From: an uncultured archaeon
GTDB lineage: Archaea; Asgardarchaeota; Lokiarchaeia; Sigyniarchaeales; SOKP01
Direction: 5' to 3'
Assembly (NCBI GenBank): GCA_964583985.1
Contig: CAZOYD010000057.1
Coordinates: forward strand, 1-22,463
DNA: 22,463 bases
The translations under genes and the position numbers were made by a program. This document shows, in pieces, positions 1-7,793 of this stretch; position 1 is the stretch's first letter; every line of letters begins with the position of its first letter. The notes under the pieces were generated by a model that was not told the DNA's origin, ran no database searches, and saw only the letters and a program-made list of their open reading frames with translations.

Positions 1-604
1 TGGCTTTCAAATCTATATTTCCGCCTGCTATGACAATTGGAACGGGGCAAATACTTGTAACGTTTTCAAATTCTTCACAATAATATGTTTTAACGAAGGA
101 AGCACCCATTTCTGCCGCCATTCGGCTTGCCATCCCTAAATAGCGATAATCTCGGACCATTTCCCTACCAACAGCAGTAACAGCTAAGGAAGGAATTCCA
201 TATTCTTGTCCCCAATTAACTAACTTAGATAAATTTAGTAGGCTCTGTTTCTCGAACTCACCCCCTACGAAAATCGAGCAAGTAATTGCAGAAACATTTA
301 ATCTAATACAATCTTCGATTGTAACATTTATTTCTTCATTCGAGAGTTCTTTAAGCATGCTTGCACCTGCGGATACTCTTAAAACTATGGGTATATCACT
401 ATCGGGTGATACACAACTTCTTAACATTCCTCGAGTGAGCATTAATGCATCAGCATGTTCAAAAAGAGGATTAAGATCTCCAAAACATTTTAGTTGTCCT
501 GGTACGTTCCCAAAATAACCGTGGTCTACTGCTAGCATCACACAATGTCCAGATTTTGGTTTAATAATTCGTGATAAACGATTTTGCATTCCCCAATCGG
601 GCAT
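1..604 (-). CDS. lsrF: LsrF-like thiolase / class I aldolase (DeoC/FbaB family); 3' end runs off the window
   Basis: Not in the ORF track. Manual translation from ATG at 604: MPDWGMQNRLSRIIKPKSGHCVMLAVDHGYF...PLFEHADALMLTRGMLRS...ELSNE...RMAAEMGASFVKTYY...CPVPIVIAGGK. This closely follows E. coli LsrF as I recall it (DWGMQSRLSRI, MLAFDHGYF, AAEMGAQIIKTYY, CPVPIVIAGGK). The catalytic Lys of KTYY is present. Confidence 0.9.
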   Translation of the reverse strand, partial: MPDWGMQNRLSRIIKPKSGHCVMLAVDHGYFGNVPGQLKCFGDLNPLFEHADALMLTRGMLRSCVSPDSDIPIVLRVSAGASMLKELSNEEINVTIEDCIRLNVSAITCSIFVGGEFEKQSLLNLSKLVNWGQEYGIPSLAVTAVGREMVRDYRYLGMASRMAAEMGASFVKTYYCEEFENVTSICPVPIVIAGGNIDLKA

Positions 605-686
605 AATAATTTCACTTTTTGATTAGTAATTCAAATTTATTTGATTTTAGTTAAGAAAGAATTGGTCTTATTTTACTTTTTTTGAT

Positions 687-694
687 AAAAAAAA
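687..694 (-). terminator. Putative archaeal oligo(T) terminator after the 708..1529 gene
   Basis: A8 run on the plus strand (T8 on minus), about 14 nt after the stop codon. Confidence 0.35.
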
Positions 695-707
695 GCTTAA
701 GATAAAT

Positions 708-1529
708 TTATAGTGAACTGAGAAAATCATCTATTTTGTTTTTAATCCTCTGGGCTAATTTTATTGATATTCTTCTTTCTATAAATTCTTTTATAAGTGA
801 AATTCGATAATAATCTACTTTTGGAATCATTAATTCTCTTGAAAGTTTTTCTATAAGCTCTTGTGTATAGATATCTTCTTTCTCGACTATTTTTCTCGAG
901 AATTCAGCCTCCCTTATGAATTTAGCAATTTGATGTTGAATTATAATAGGTTGTTCTTCCTCATTTGAGATGCTAAGTGCCTTTTGAATGATATCTTCTT
1001 CGAACTTCAGCTCTGTTTCCCAGGGTGTTAGTAATATATTCTGTTTTCTATCTATTATTAGAGCATTTTTCTCCTTCTTTATTTTATTATAATCAGTATC
1101 TCTAAGAAAAATGATAGAGTTAGGCCCTCGATAATTTTCAGGAAGCCAACTTTCTAAAAGATTATTGATAATTGCAGTTTGTTCTTCAGTATCCTTATCT
1201 TTGATTATATATGTTGGATAATTAAAAACCTTGGCATGAATTAATGAAAATAGCCCATATAACCCAATCATTGTAATGAATCCATTCAGTGAAAACTTTG
1301 TTGATTCAGTGGAGGCTTTCATTATTAAATCTATTTTTTCATAGCCTCTGATGATGCCCTTTGTATCTATAAGTATGATAAATTGATGATCTGGGCAAAC
1401 TCCTCCTTGAGAAACTTGAACTTTTATTGTACCAAATCTATTTTGATCAAATATTTTCTCAGGAATGCTAATTTTTTTAATAAAACCACATACAGGACAT
1501 CTAACTTCCACGATTCTATTTAAATCCAA
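708..1529 (-). CDS. Hypothetical protein with an N-terminal putative Zn-binding domain (Lokiarchaeia-type family)
   Basis: 273-aa ORF with a TTG start preceded by GATGAT. CPVC...VCPDHQF...IDTKGIIRGYEKID resembles a paralogous family I recall from Lokiarchaeota genomes. Confidence 0.7.
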   Translation of the reverse strand: MDLNRIVEVRCPVCGFIKKISIPEKIFDQNRFGTIKVQVSQGGVCPDHQFIILIDTKGIIRGYEKIDLIMKASTESTKFSLNGFITMIGLYGLFSLIHAKVFNYPTYIIKDKDTEEQTAIINNLLESWLPENYRGPNSIIFLRDTDYNKIKKEKNALIIDRKQNILLTPWETELKFEEDIIQKALSISNEEEQPIIIQHQIAKFIREAEFSRKIVEKEDIYTQELIEKLSRELMIPKVDYYRISLIKEFIERRISIKLAQRIKNKIDDFLSSL

Positions 1530-1724
1530 TATTAAATCATCTAGAATTTAAGATCTATAAACTTCACATACAAACCTCTTATTTTAACCTAATCCTCATA
1601 TAAATCTTATTATTGGCTAGTTTTACCTAGAAATTAAAGTATGAATTTAAAAATCTTATCAATTCGATATTTATAATATTCTAAACTAAAGATATATTAT
1701 AATAAAATAATTTTTGGATATAAG

Positions 1725-3017
1725 ATGGAAATAGAAATGTCTATAGAAAATTCAGATTATATGTACAATTTCATAGAAAGAATAATTAAAGAATGCGGTC
1801 CAAGAATGCCGTGTAGTCCTCAAGAAGCAAAAAGTGCTGAAATGATTAAGAACGAATTTGAAAAGGTATGTGATTCTTCCCATATAGAACCTTTTACATG
1901 CCACCCTAGAGCTTTTATTGGATATATAAAAGTAATGGTTGTAATGATGCTCATTTCATTTTTAAGTTATTTTCTCACTGGATTAAATCTTGTTCTCCAA
2001 GTAGAGCAAATTTTAATGGGGATCTCATTTGCAGTAAATTTTGGAGCTTTTTTAATAATTTGGAATGAATTTTTTAATTATAGGGAATTTATCGATCCTT
2101 TTTTTAAAAAAAAAAGTTCTCAGAATGTTATTGGAATTTTTGGAGGAAAAAAAGAAGTGAAAAATATACTTATTTTTTCAGGACATCATGACAGTGCTTT
2201 ACAATTTAACTTATTAACTCACTTAAAAATAGGCTATGCAATAATCGTAATCCTTGGACTTTTAATTTTAGTAATATGGATGGGAATAACAACAATTTTA
2301 TTTATTATATCTTTAATTGGCTTTAAAATTGCTAATTTTATTGTATTTCAAATTATTTCATTAATCCTATTTATTATAGGCGTGCCCGTTCTAATTGGGT
2401 TATGGTTTTTCGTGTCACCTGGCGAAAAAGCAAATAAAGTACCTGGCGCAGTTGATAATCTCAGTGCTGTCGCAATCTTGCTCGGAATAGGTACATATTT
2501 AGAAAAAAATCCAAATAACATGCCCGAAAACACAGAAATACGGTTGATTTCTTTTGGATGTGAAGAAGCTGGTTTAAGAGGTTCTTATAGGTATGTAGAG
2601 GAACATTATGAAGAATTAAAGACAAATAATACAATCTGTATTAATATGGATACTATTCAAAGCCTTAAAAACATAGCCATAATTGATTTTGAGCCAACAA
2701 CAAGAACAAAACATTCAGACGAAGTAGTACAAATTTTAGCCAAATCTGCTGAAAATTTGGGTATGCCTGCATCAAACTTTTCTCTTGGGGGGAGTAGTTT
2801 TGTTGAGAAATTAATTGGTCAAGTAACTGGTGGAACTGATGCAACTGCTTTTTCAAAAGCCGGTTTAAAAGCAGCTTCAATTGTAGCAATGGATTTAAAA
2901 GAGATGCTTAAATTTTATCATCAACCTACAGATACACTCGATAAAATAGAAAAAGGAGTATTAGAAGAAGTATTGAAATTATGCTTAGCGTCAATAAAAT
3001 TTATTAAAAATCAATAA
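1725..3017 (+). CDS. Membrane-embedded M28 family metallo(amino)peptidase
   Basis: M28 metal-ligand motifs GHHDS, GAVDNLSAV, GCEEAGLRGS, NMD and YHQPTDT, with two inserted pairs of hydrophobic helices. The start could be the later ATG at 1737. Confidence 0.88.
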   Translation: MEIEMSIENSDYMYNFIERIIKECGPRMPCSPQEAKSAEMIKNEFEKVCDSSHIEPFTCHPRAFIGYIKVMVVMMLISFLSYFLTGLNLVLQVEQILMGISFAVNFGAFLIIWNEFFNYREFIDPFFKKKSSQNVIGIFGGKKEVKNILIFSGHHDSALQFNLLTHLKIGYAIIVILGLLILVIWMGITTILFIISLIGFKIANFIVFQIISLILFIIGVPVLIGLWFFVSPGEKANKVPGAVDNLSAVAILLGIGTYLEKNPNNMPENTEIRLISFGCEEAGLRGSYRYVEEHYEELKTNNTICINMDTIQSLKNIAIIDFEPTTRTKHSDEVVQILAKSAENLGMPASNFSLGGSSFVEKLIGQVTGGTDATAFSKAGLKAASIVAMDLKEMLKFYHQPTDTLDKIEKGVLEEVLKLCLASIKFIKNQ

Positions 3018-3047
3018 GGAATAATCAGTTCTCTTTTGGATATTCAT

Positions 3048-4223
3048 TTATCTAAGTTTATTGGTTTGTATAAGTTTAATGTTATGTAAAATTCGCGCTT
3101 CATTTGGATCACCATTTCTTTTCTTCTCAATTTCTCGGAGTAATTCTTCCTTTGTTATCTCTAAATTCGTAAAAAATGCCTCCATTCCTTCAACATCAAA
3201 AGTACCATTTAAAATACTCTTTCCAATTTGCTTGTACGTACGTAACCAATTCTTTCGGCATTGTTTATGCTTCTCGGGATTTTGTTCTTGACGAACTAAT
3301 TCCGCATATTGTAGAGCATAAGTTAATCCACCATAACGATAAAAGTCATGGAACAGCGCGGCTTTTACCACGTGGCAGTTTGTAAGGACTGGATCTCCCT
3401 TTCCTTTTTGGATGAGCCCTTTTGATTCTAATCGATTAATAATTTCATCTTCATTATATTCTATCACGTGGTAAGGATATAATATTCGTGGTGTAAAATT
3501 ATTCATTTGTTCAATCTCTTCAGGAGTAAGGAACCATTGGCGATCCTTATCATCTAACAATGTTTCAAATGCGGGAATTGGAGTTCCATCTTTAATGATA
3601 TCGCTTGGACTTGTTTCATAATAGTAACGAGCGATCTGATCTGGAGAAAATCCGATAATAACAAATGGAATATTTCTGGTAAGTGCTTCCTTGAAAGTAA
3701 TAGTGTGAATTAAATCGGTGCATTTATGGCAAATATCTACCGTTAAACTTTTTTGAAAAGAATTATGAGAAAAAAAGCAATATTTATACAATTTAGAAAA
3801 GGTGGGAATTGCCTCCTCAATTATGAGATGGTTTTCAAATAGATCCATTTTAGTCAGAGTCTCTTTCATATTTTCTTTAGCAACTTCGGTCATGAACCCT
3901 ATATCAATGGTTAATAGTAATGGATTTAAATTATATTCATTTACAAATGTATCAATTAAAGCAGTAGAGTCCTTCCCACCCGAATAACCTATAATGCAAT
4001 CATATGTCTTTCCATCATGAGCATTCTGCATCTGTTGCACTGTTTTTTTCCAATTTTCTAATCCTTCTTTTCTTTGTGCTCTACTTATTTGTTTCTTGGA
4101 CCAATTGGGATTAATATGATTTGGATCTGCACAGAAATTACAGAGCTGATCCTTGTTTATCTCGATCCCCAAAAATCCATCAACCATGATACAATTCTTA
4201 CAAATAATATGCTTTACGGACAT
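3048..4223 (-). CDS. PP-loop (N-type ATP pyrophosphatase) protein, N-acetyl-sugar amidotransferase (WbpG/WbuX/PseA)-like
   Basis: N-terminal CKNC...CNFC, PP-loop YDCIIGYSGGKDS, internal CHKC and TNC; substrate unknown. Confidence 0.7.
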   Translation of the reverse strand: MSVKHIICKNCIMVDGFLGIEINKDQLCNFCADPNHINPNWSKKQISRAQRKEGLENWKKTVQQMQNAHDGKTYDCIIGYSGGKDSTALIDTFVNEYNLNPLLLTIDIGFMTEVAKENMKETLTKMDLFENHLIIEEAIPTFSKLYKYCFFSHNSFQKSLTVDICHKCTDLIHTITFKEALTRNIPFVIIGFSPDQIARYYYETSPSDIIKDGTPIPAFETLLDDKDRQWFLTPEEIEQMNNFTPRILYPYHVIEYNEDEIINRLESKGLIQKGKGDPVLTNCHVVKAALFHDFYRYGGLTYALQYAELVRQEQNPEKHKQCRKNWLRTYKQIGKSILNGTFDVEGMEAFFTNLEITKEELLREIEKKRNGDPNEARILHNIKLIQTNKLR

Positions 4224-4273
4224 GTTTAATTCAATTTTTTAAGTTTTTACTCTTATTAGAATTAGATCTATTT

Positions 4274-4283
4274 AAAAAAAAAA
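4274..4283 (-). terminator. Putative oligo(T) terminator after permease-CPBP copy 1
   Basis: A10 run on plus (T10 on minus), about 16 nt after the stop codon. Confidence 0.45.
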
Positions 4284-4298
4284 GTATTGCCTTTTCTC

Positions 4299-6923
4299 TT
4301 ATTTTGATGAAAAAATCAAATTTTCGTCTTTCGATTTTGGTACGATCAATTTAACAAATAGTACTCCAAAAACCAAGGGAATTAAACCAACTCCAAAGAT
4401 CATATATAAAACATAACTTATTAAATCTGGAGAATTAGCATTTGAAAACAGTGTTCCAACCGTGTTAATTAAATAATGAGTAATTATGCTGGGGAGAAGA
4501 CTATTAGTTTTTAAATACATGTATCCAAAAAGAAATCCCAGCAATGTTGCATAAATCGCTTGAAAAATCGTAGATAATAGTGAGCGTCCCGCTATCAAAT
4601 TGTTAAAATGAGCCATTCCAAATAATACTGAGGTGAGAATCAACGTTGTATTGATTGAATATCTTCTTAAATTCAGTTGAATTAATACACCCCGAAAAGT
4701 TACTTCTTCCCAAATCCCTGGAATAAGCATTAAAACAAATATAAACCATCCAAGATTTGCGGGATTAATACTTGGTTCTCCAAATAAGGCATTAGGATCA
4801 AACTCATAAATTCCAAGTAAATTTGCCATTAAAAATGTACTAATAATATAAATTAATGAACATCCAATACCTACAACAAGGTTTCTGATTAGGGGAGAAA
4901 CTTTTATCAATTTAATATTATTGAGATACTCCTTGAATTTCAGATCCCCATTTGGTAAGTGTAAAAAACGGGGTACTATCAAGAACAATAACAATACAAG
5001 GCATCCAAAAGTGATAAAAAAATTAATGAAATATGTAACAATATCTGGAGCAATTAGATATAGTGGAATGAAAAGAATATCAATAAAATTAGGCAAGTAG
5101 AGAAATCCAATATATAACAGTAAGATTATTACTGTTCCAATTATTGGTTTCATTCTTAGGTTTTTCCTTAAGCTAATAATTTTTTTTTTCCCAAGTTGTT
5201 TTGGAAAGATTCTATTTAATGAAAAGACATATAATCCTAAAATTGGAACACTTATCAACAGTAAGATCATTGACATCACCGGAATGCTAAAATTTAATTG
5301 TAAAATGAACCCAATAAAAATGAATGCGAAACAGATTGTAAATTCAAGGATTCCTATCCCAATCCACTTAAGTATTTTTTTTTCTACCCTAATTTCTTCT
5401 AGTACAAATTTATATTTCATCCGTCCAAATAATCTAATCTTAAAATAAAACACATTAAACAAGAATATTAGGTCAATTGGATACCACGTAAGAAATGTTA
5501 TTACATATTGAATAAAATTCGAGGAACCAACATATATGAAAAGTGGTAAGAAAAATGATAAAGATTGAATTATAAGCAATAAACTGAGTTTTGCTTTTGC
5601 CTGATCTCGAGGAAGGAGTGGTAATGATGCTAATATTGATGCTCCTGAGTCTTCCAAATTTAGAAAGCCAGTCGTGATCATCAAGGATATGATTGGTTGA
5701 TAAAATATTAAAATCATCCATAGAATATCCATTCCTGCCAATTGAAGATCTCCTCCTGTGCTAAATGCCAATGAAAATACATAAACAAAGGGGAGAATTA
5801 AGGGCATTATCAAAAACATTAATGTTTGAAAATCTCTTACAGCAGTAGATAAGTCTTTACGTATATATGCAATTATTGGTTTATGAACTATAATTTCAGC
5901 TGTGGAATCCTTTTTAGATGATTCTTTTCGTGATATTAGTTTACTATCCATAGCAGCTGACGAGGTAACAAGACGCATGGATTTAATTGCTTTCTTATAA
6001 GCGAAAAATGTTAATCCCGCAAACAGCATGTTACCTATAATGGTAAATAACCATTGCATTATTGAGAATCGAGCAGGATCAATAAGCATGGTAAGTAAGT
6101 AACTAGGAGCAAATGGGAAGGGGATAACGGAGATTATGTAATTCAAAATTTCAATATTTTCAAATGAAGAAACTAATACAAATAAATCAATAGCAGCATT
6201 TACAGCCCATTGCAGAAAAAAACTCAATGAAAAAGCCATTAGAAGATAACTCAGCATGGTAATGATTCTAATTAGAGTTGATTTTTTAGACCCAGATTCT
6301 TGAACTTTGAATACTTGACTAATTTTAGAAGCGAATAACACTAAGACACTAAAACTTAGAATAGCAGCTCCAACTGAAATTATTATGCTAATAATTGATA
6401 AAATCATGTTTTGACTCGTTACTATTATCATTATAGGCAAACCAATCATCATTACTACTAAACCAACGTCTAAATTTCGTAATACCGTAAAAAATCCGAG
6501 TTTACTTCTTTGTTCCCTTGAAATCGGAAGTGTCTCAAAAAACCTAAAAGCTTCACCAGTCATCATCGCTCCAACACTAAACATTCCTAATAACATCAAA
6601 TAAAGTAACTGTATTCCAAAAAAAGCAGAGAAAAGAATGCTACCTGTAAGCAGTACAGAACCAGTTGAAATAAAAAGATCATTAAAAAATTCGGTTAATC
6701 GAAGAATCGTAAAGAGAGGAATAACGGTTAAAAAAGCCAACATTACCCCATAGACGAGTCTCATCGCAAAAGCTTGACTCTTAATACTGTTTCTGTTCTT
6801 CTTATACTTCTCCATTAGTTTTGCTTGGTTTGCGCCAGTGGATTGTACCTGAGCTTCCATGACAATTTCTAGATTAGTATATTTCGCAAGTTTATATATA
6901 CTCAAATGTTCGATGGATGTCAT
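4299..6923 (-). CDS. ABC exporter permease fused to a C-terminal CPBP (Rce1/Abi-type) intramembrane glutamic protease, copy 1
   Basis: About 570 aa of multi-TM permease with two ABC-2-like halves (ETLPIS; YIRKDL...ASLPL), a basic linker, then CPBP motifs PGIWEEVTFRG (EExxxR), FGMAH (FxxxH) and HYLIN (HxxxN). It lies 11 nt downstream of an ABC ATPase. Confidence 0.85.
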   Translation of the reverse strand: MTSIEHLSIYKLAKYTNLEIVMEAQVQSTGANQAKLMEKYKKNRNSIKSQAFAMRLVYGVMLAFLTVIPLFTILRLTEFFNDLFISTGSVLLTGSILFSAFFGIQLLYLMLLGMFSVGAMMTGEAFRFFETLPISREQRSKLGFFTVLRNLDVGLVVMMIGLPIMIIVTSQNMILSIISIIISVGAAILSFSVLVLFASKISQVFKVQESGSKKSTLIRIITMLSYLLMAFSLSFFLQWAVNAAIDLFVLVSSFENIEILNYIISVIPFPFAPSYLLTMLIDPARFSIMQWLFTIIGNMLFAGLTFFAYKKAIKSMRLVTSSAAMDSKLISRKESSKKDSTAEIIVHKPIIAYIRKDLSTAVRDFQTLMFLIMPLILPFVYVFSLAFSTGGDLQLAGMDILWMILIFYQPIISLMITTGFLNLEDSGASILASLPLLPRDQAKAKLSLLLIIQSLSFFLPLFIYVGSSNFIQYVITFLTWYPIDLIFLFNVFYFKIRLFGRMKYKFVLEEIRVEKKILKWIGIGILEFTICFAFIFIGFILQLNFSIPVMSMILLLISVPILGLYVFSLNRIFPKQLGKKKIISLRKNLRMKPIIGTVIILLLYIGFLYLPNFIDILFIPLYLIAPDIVTYFINFFITFGCLVLLLFLIVPRFLHLPNGDLKFKEYLNNIKLIKVSPLIRNLVVGIGCSLIYIISTFLMANLLGIYEFDPNALFGEPSINPANLGWFIFVLMLIPGIWEEVTFRGVLIQLNLRRYSINTTLILTSVLFGMAHFNNLIAGRSLLSTIFQAIYATLLGFLFGYMYLKTNSLLPSIITHYLINTVGTLFSNANSPDLISYVLYMIFGVGLIPLVFGVLFVKLIVPKSKDENLIFSSK

Positions 6924-6934
6924 TATCAGTACTC

Positions 6935-7729
6935 CTAATTTCCTTCCTTGAAAGATTTACGTAATCTTTTCACTATTTCTTCTACTGAACCATCTTGTTC
7001 TGTTAGCTTTAAGAAAATATCTTCCAATCGAGCTCCTATTTTGTTAGATTGAGCATTTAACTCTGCAATGGTTCCGATCCCCACAATTTTACCTTTATTA
7101 ATAATACCGATTCTATCACACAACTCTTCAGCAATTTCCATTATATGAGTAGAAAATAAAACAGATCCTCCTCTTTCTGTATGTAATTCAAGAATTTCTT
7201 TAACCACCTTTACAGATTTTGCGTCAAGACCAGAGAGTGGTTCATCAAGAATAAGAATTTCGGGATTATGGAGAATTGCTGCAATTATTTGCATTTTTTG
7301 TTTATTACCATGAGATAGAGTAGCTATTAGTTGTTCAAAATATTCTTGTGCTCCTACGCTTTCTAAATATACTTGAGCACGCTCTAATACGTGTTCAGGA
7401 TCAAGCCCTCTGATTGAAGCAATTAGTTTAAACAAGTCCTTTGGAGTAAGGGATTTAAAAATTAAAGGTTCTTCTGACACGTAACCAATTCTTCTTTTAA
7501 TTTCAATTTCATCCCGATTAGGATTTAACCCTAGCACTTTCATTTCTCCTTCATTTGGCTCTAATAACCCCAATAATAGTTTAATGGTTGTAGTTTTACC
7601 TGCACCATTCGGACCAAGAAGACCAAATACTTCTCCCTTTTTTACTTCAAAAGAAATTCCATCTACCGCTTTAACATCTCTAAAGTATTTCTTGAGGTTA
7701 TTTACCTGGATCATGGCATTTTCTAACAT
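6935..7729 (-). CDS. ABC transporter ATP-binding protein (ABC-2/CcmA-like), copy 1
   Basis: Walker A GPNGAGKTT, signature variant LSHGNKQK, Walker B ILILDEP, H-loop STH. Confidence 0.95.
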   Translation of the reverse strand: MLENAMIQVNNLKKYFRDVKAVDGISFEVKKGEVFGLLGPNGAGKTTTIKLLLGLLEPNEGEMKVLGLNPNRDEIEIKRRIGYVSEEPLIFKSLTPKDLFKLIASIRGLDPEHVLERAQVYLESVGAQEYFEQLIATLSHGNKQKMQIIAAILHNPEILILDEPLSGLDAKSVKVVKEILELHTERGGSVLFSTHIMEIAEELCDRIGIINKGKIVGIGTIAELNAQSNKIGARLEDIFLKLTEQDGSVEEIVKRLRKSFKEGN

Positions 7730-7734
7730 TTTGA

Positions 7735-7740
7735 ATCACA
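7735..7740 (-). promoter_or_regulatory. Shine-Dalgarno-like TGTGAT
   Basis: 5 nt before ATG 7729. The same TGTGAT precedes starts at 10415 (10419-10424), 11219 (11224-11229) and 14770 (14776-14781), and matches the 3' part of archaeal GGAGGTGAT. Confidence 0.6.
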
Positions 7741-7773
7741 TGTTTCAATAATCACATTATTTTATTAAAGGAT

Positions 7774-7782
7774 AAAAAAAAA
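7774..7782 (-). terminator. Putative oligo(T) terminator after permease-CPBP copy 2
   Basis: A9 run on plus (T9 on minus), about 12 nt after the stop codon. Confidence 0.4.
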
Positions 7783-7793
7783 GTTATTGAAAA

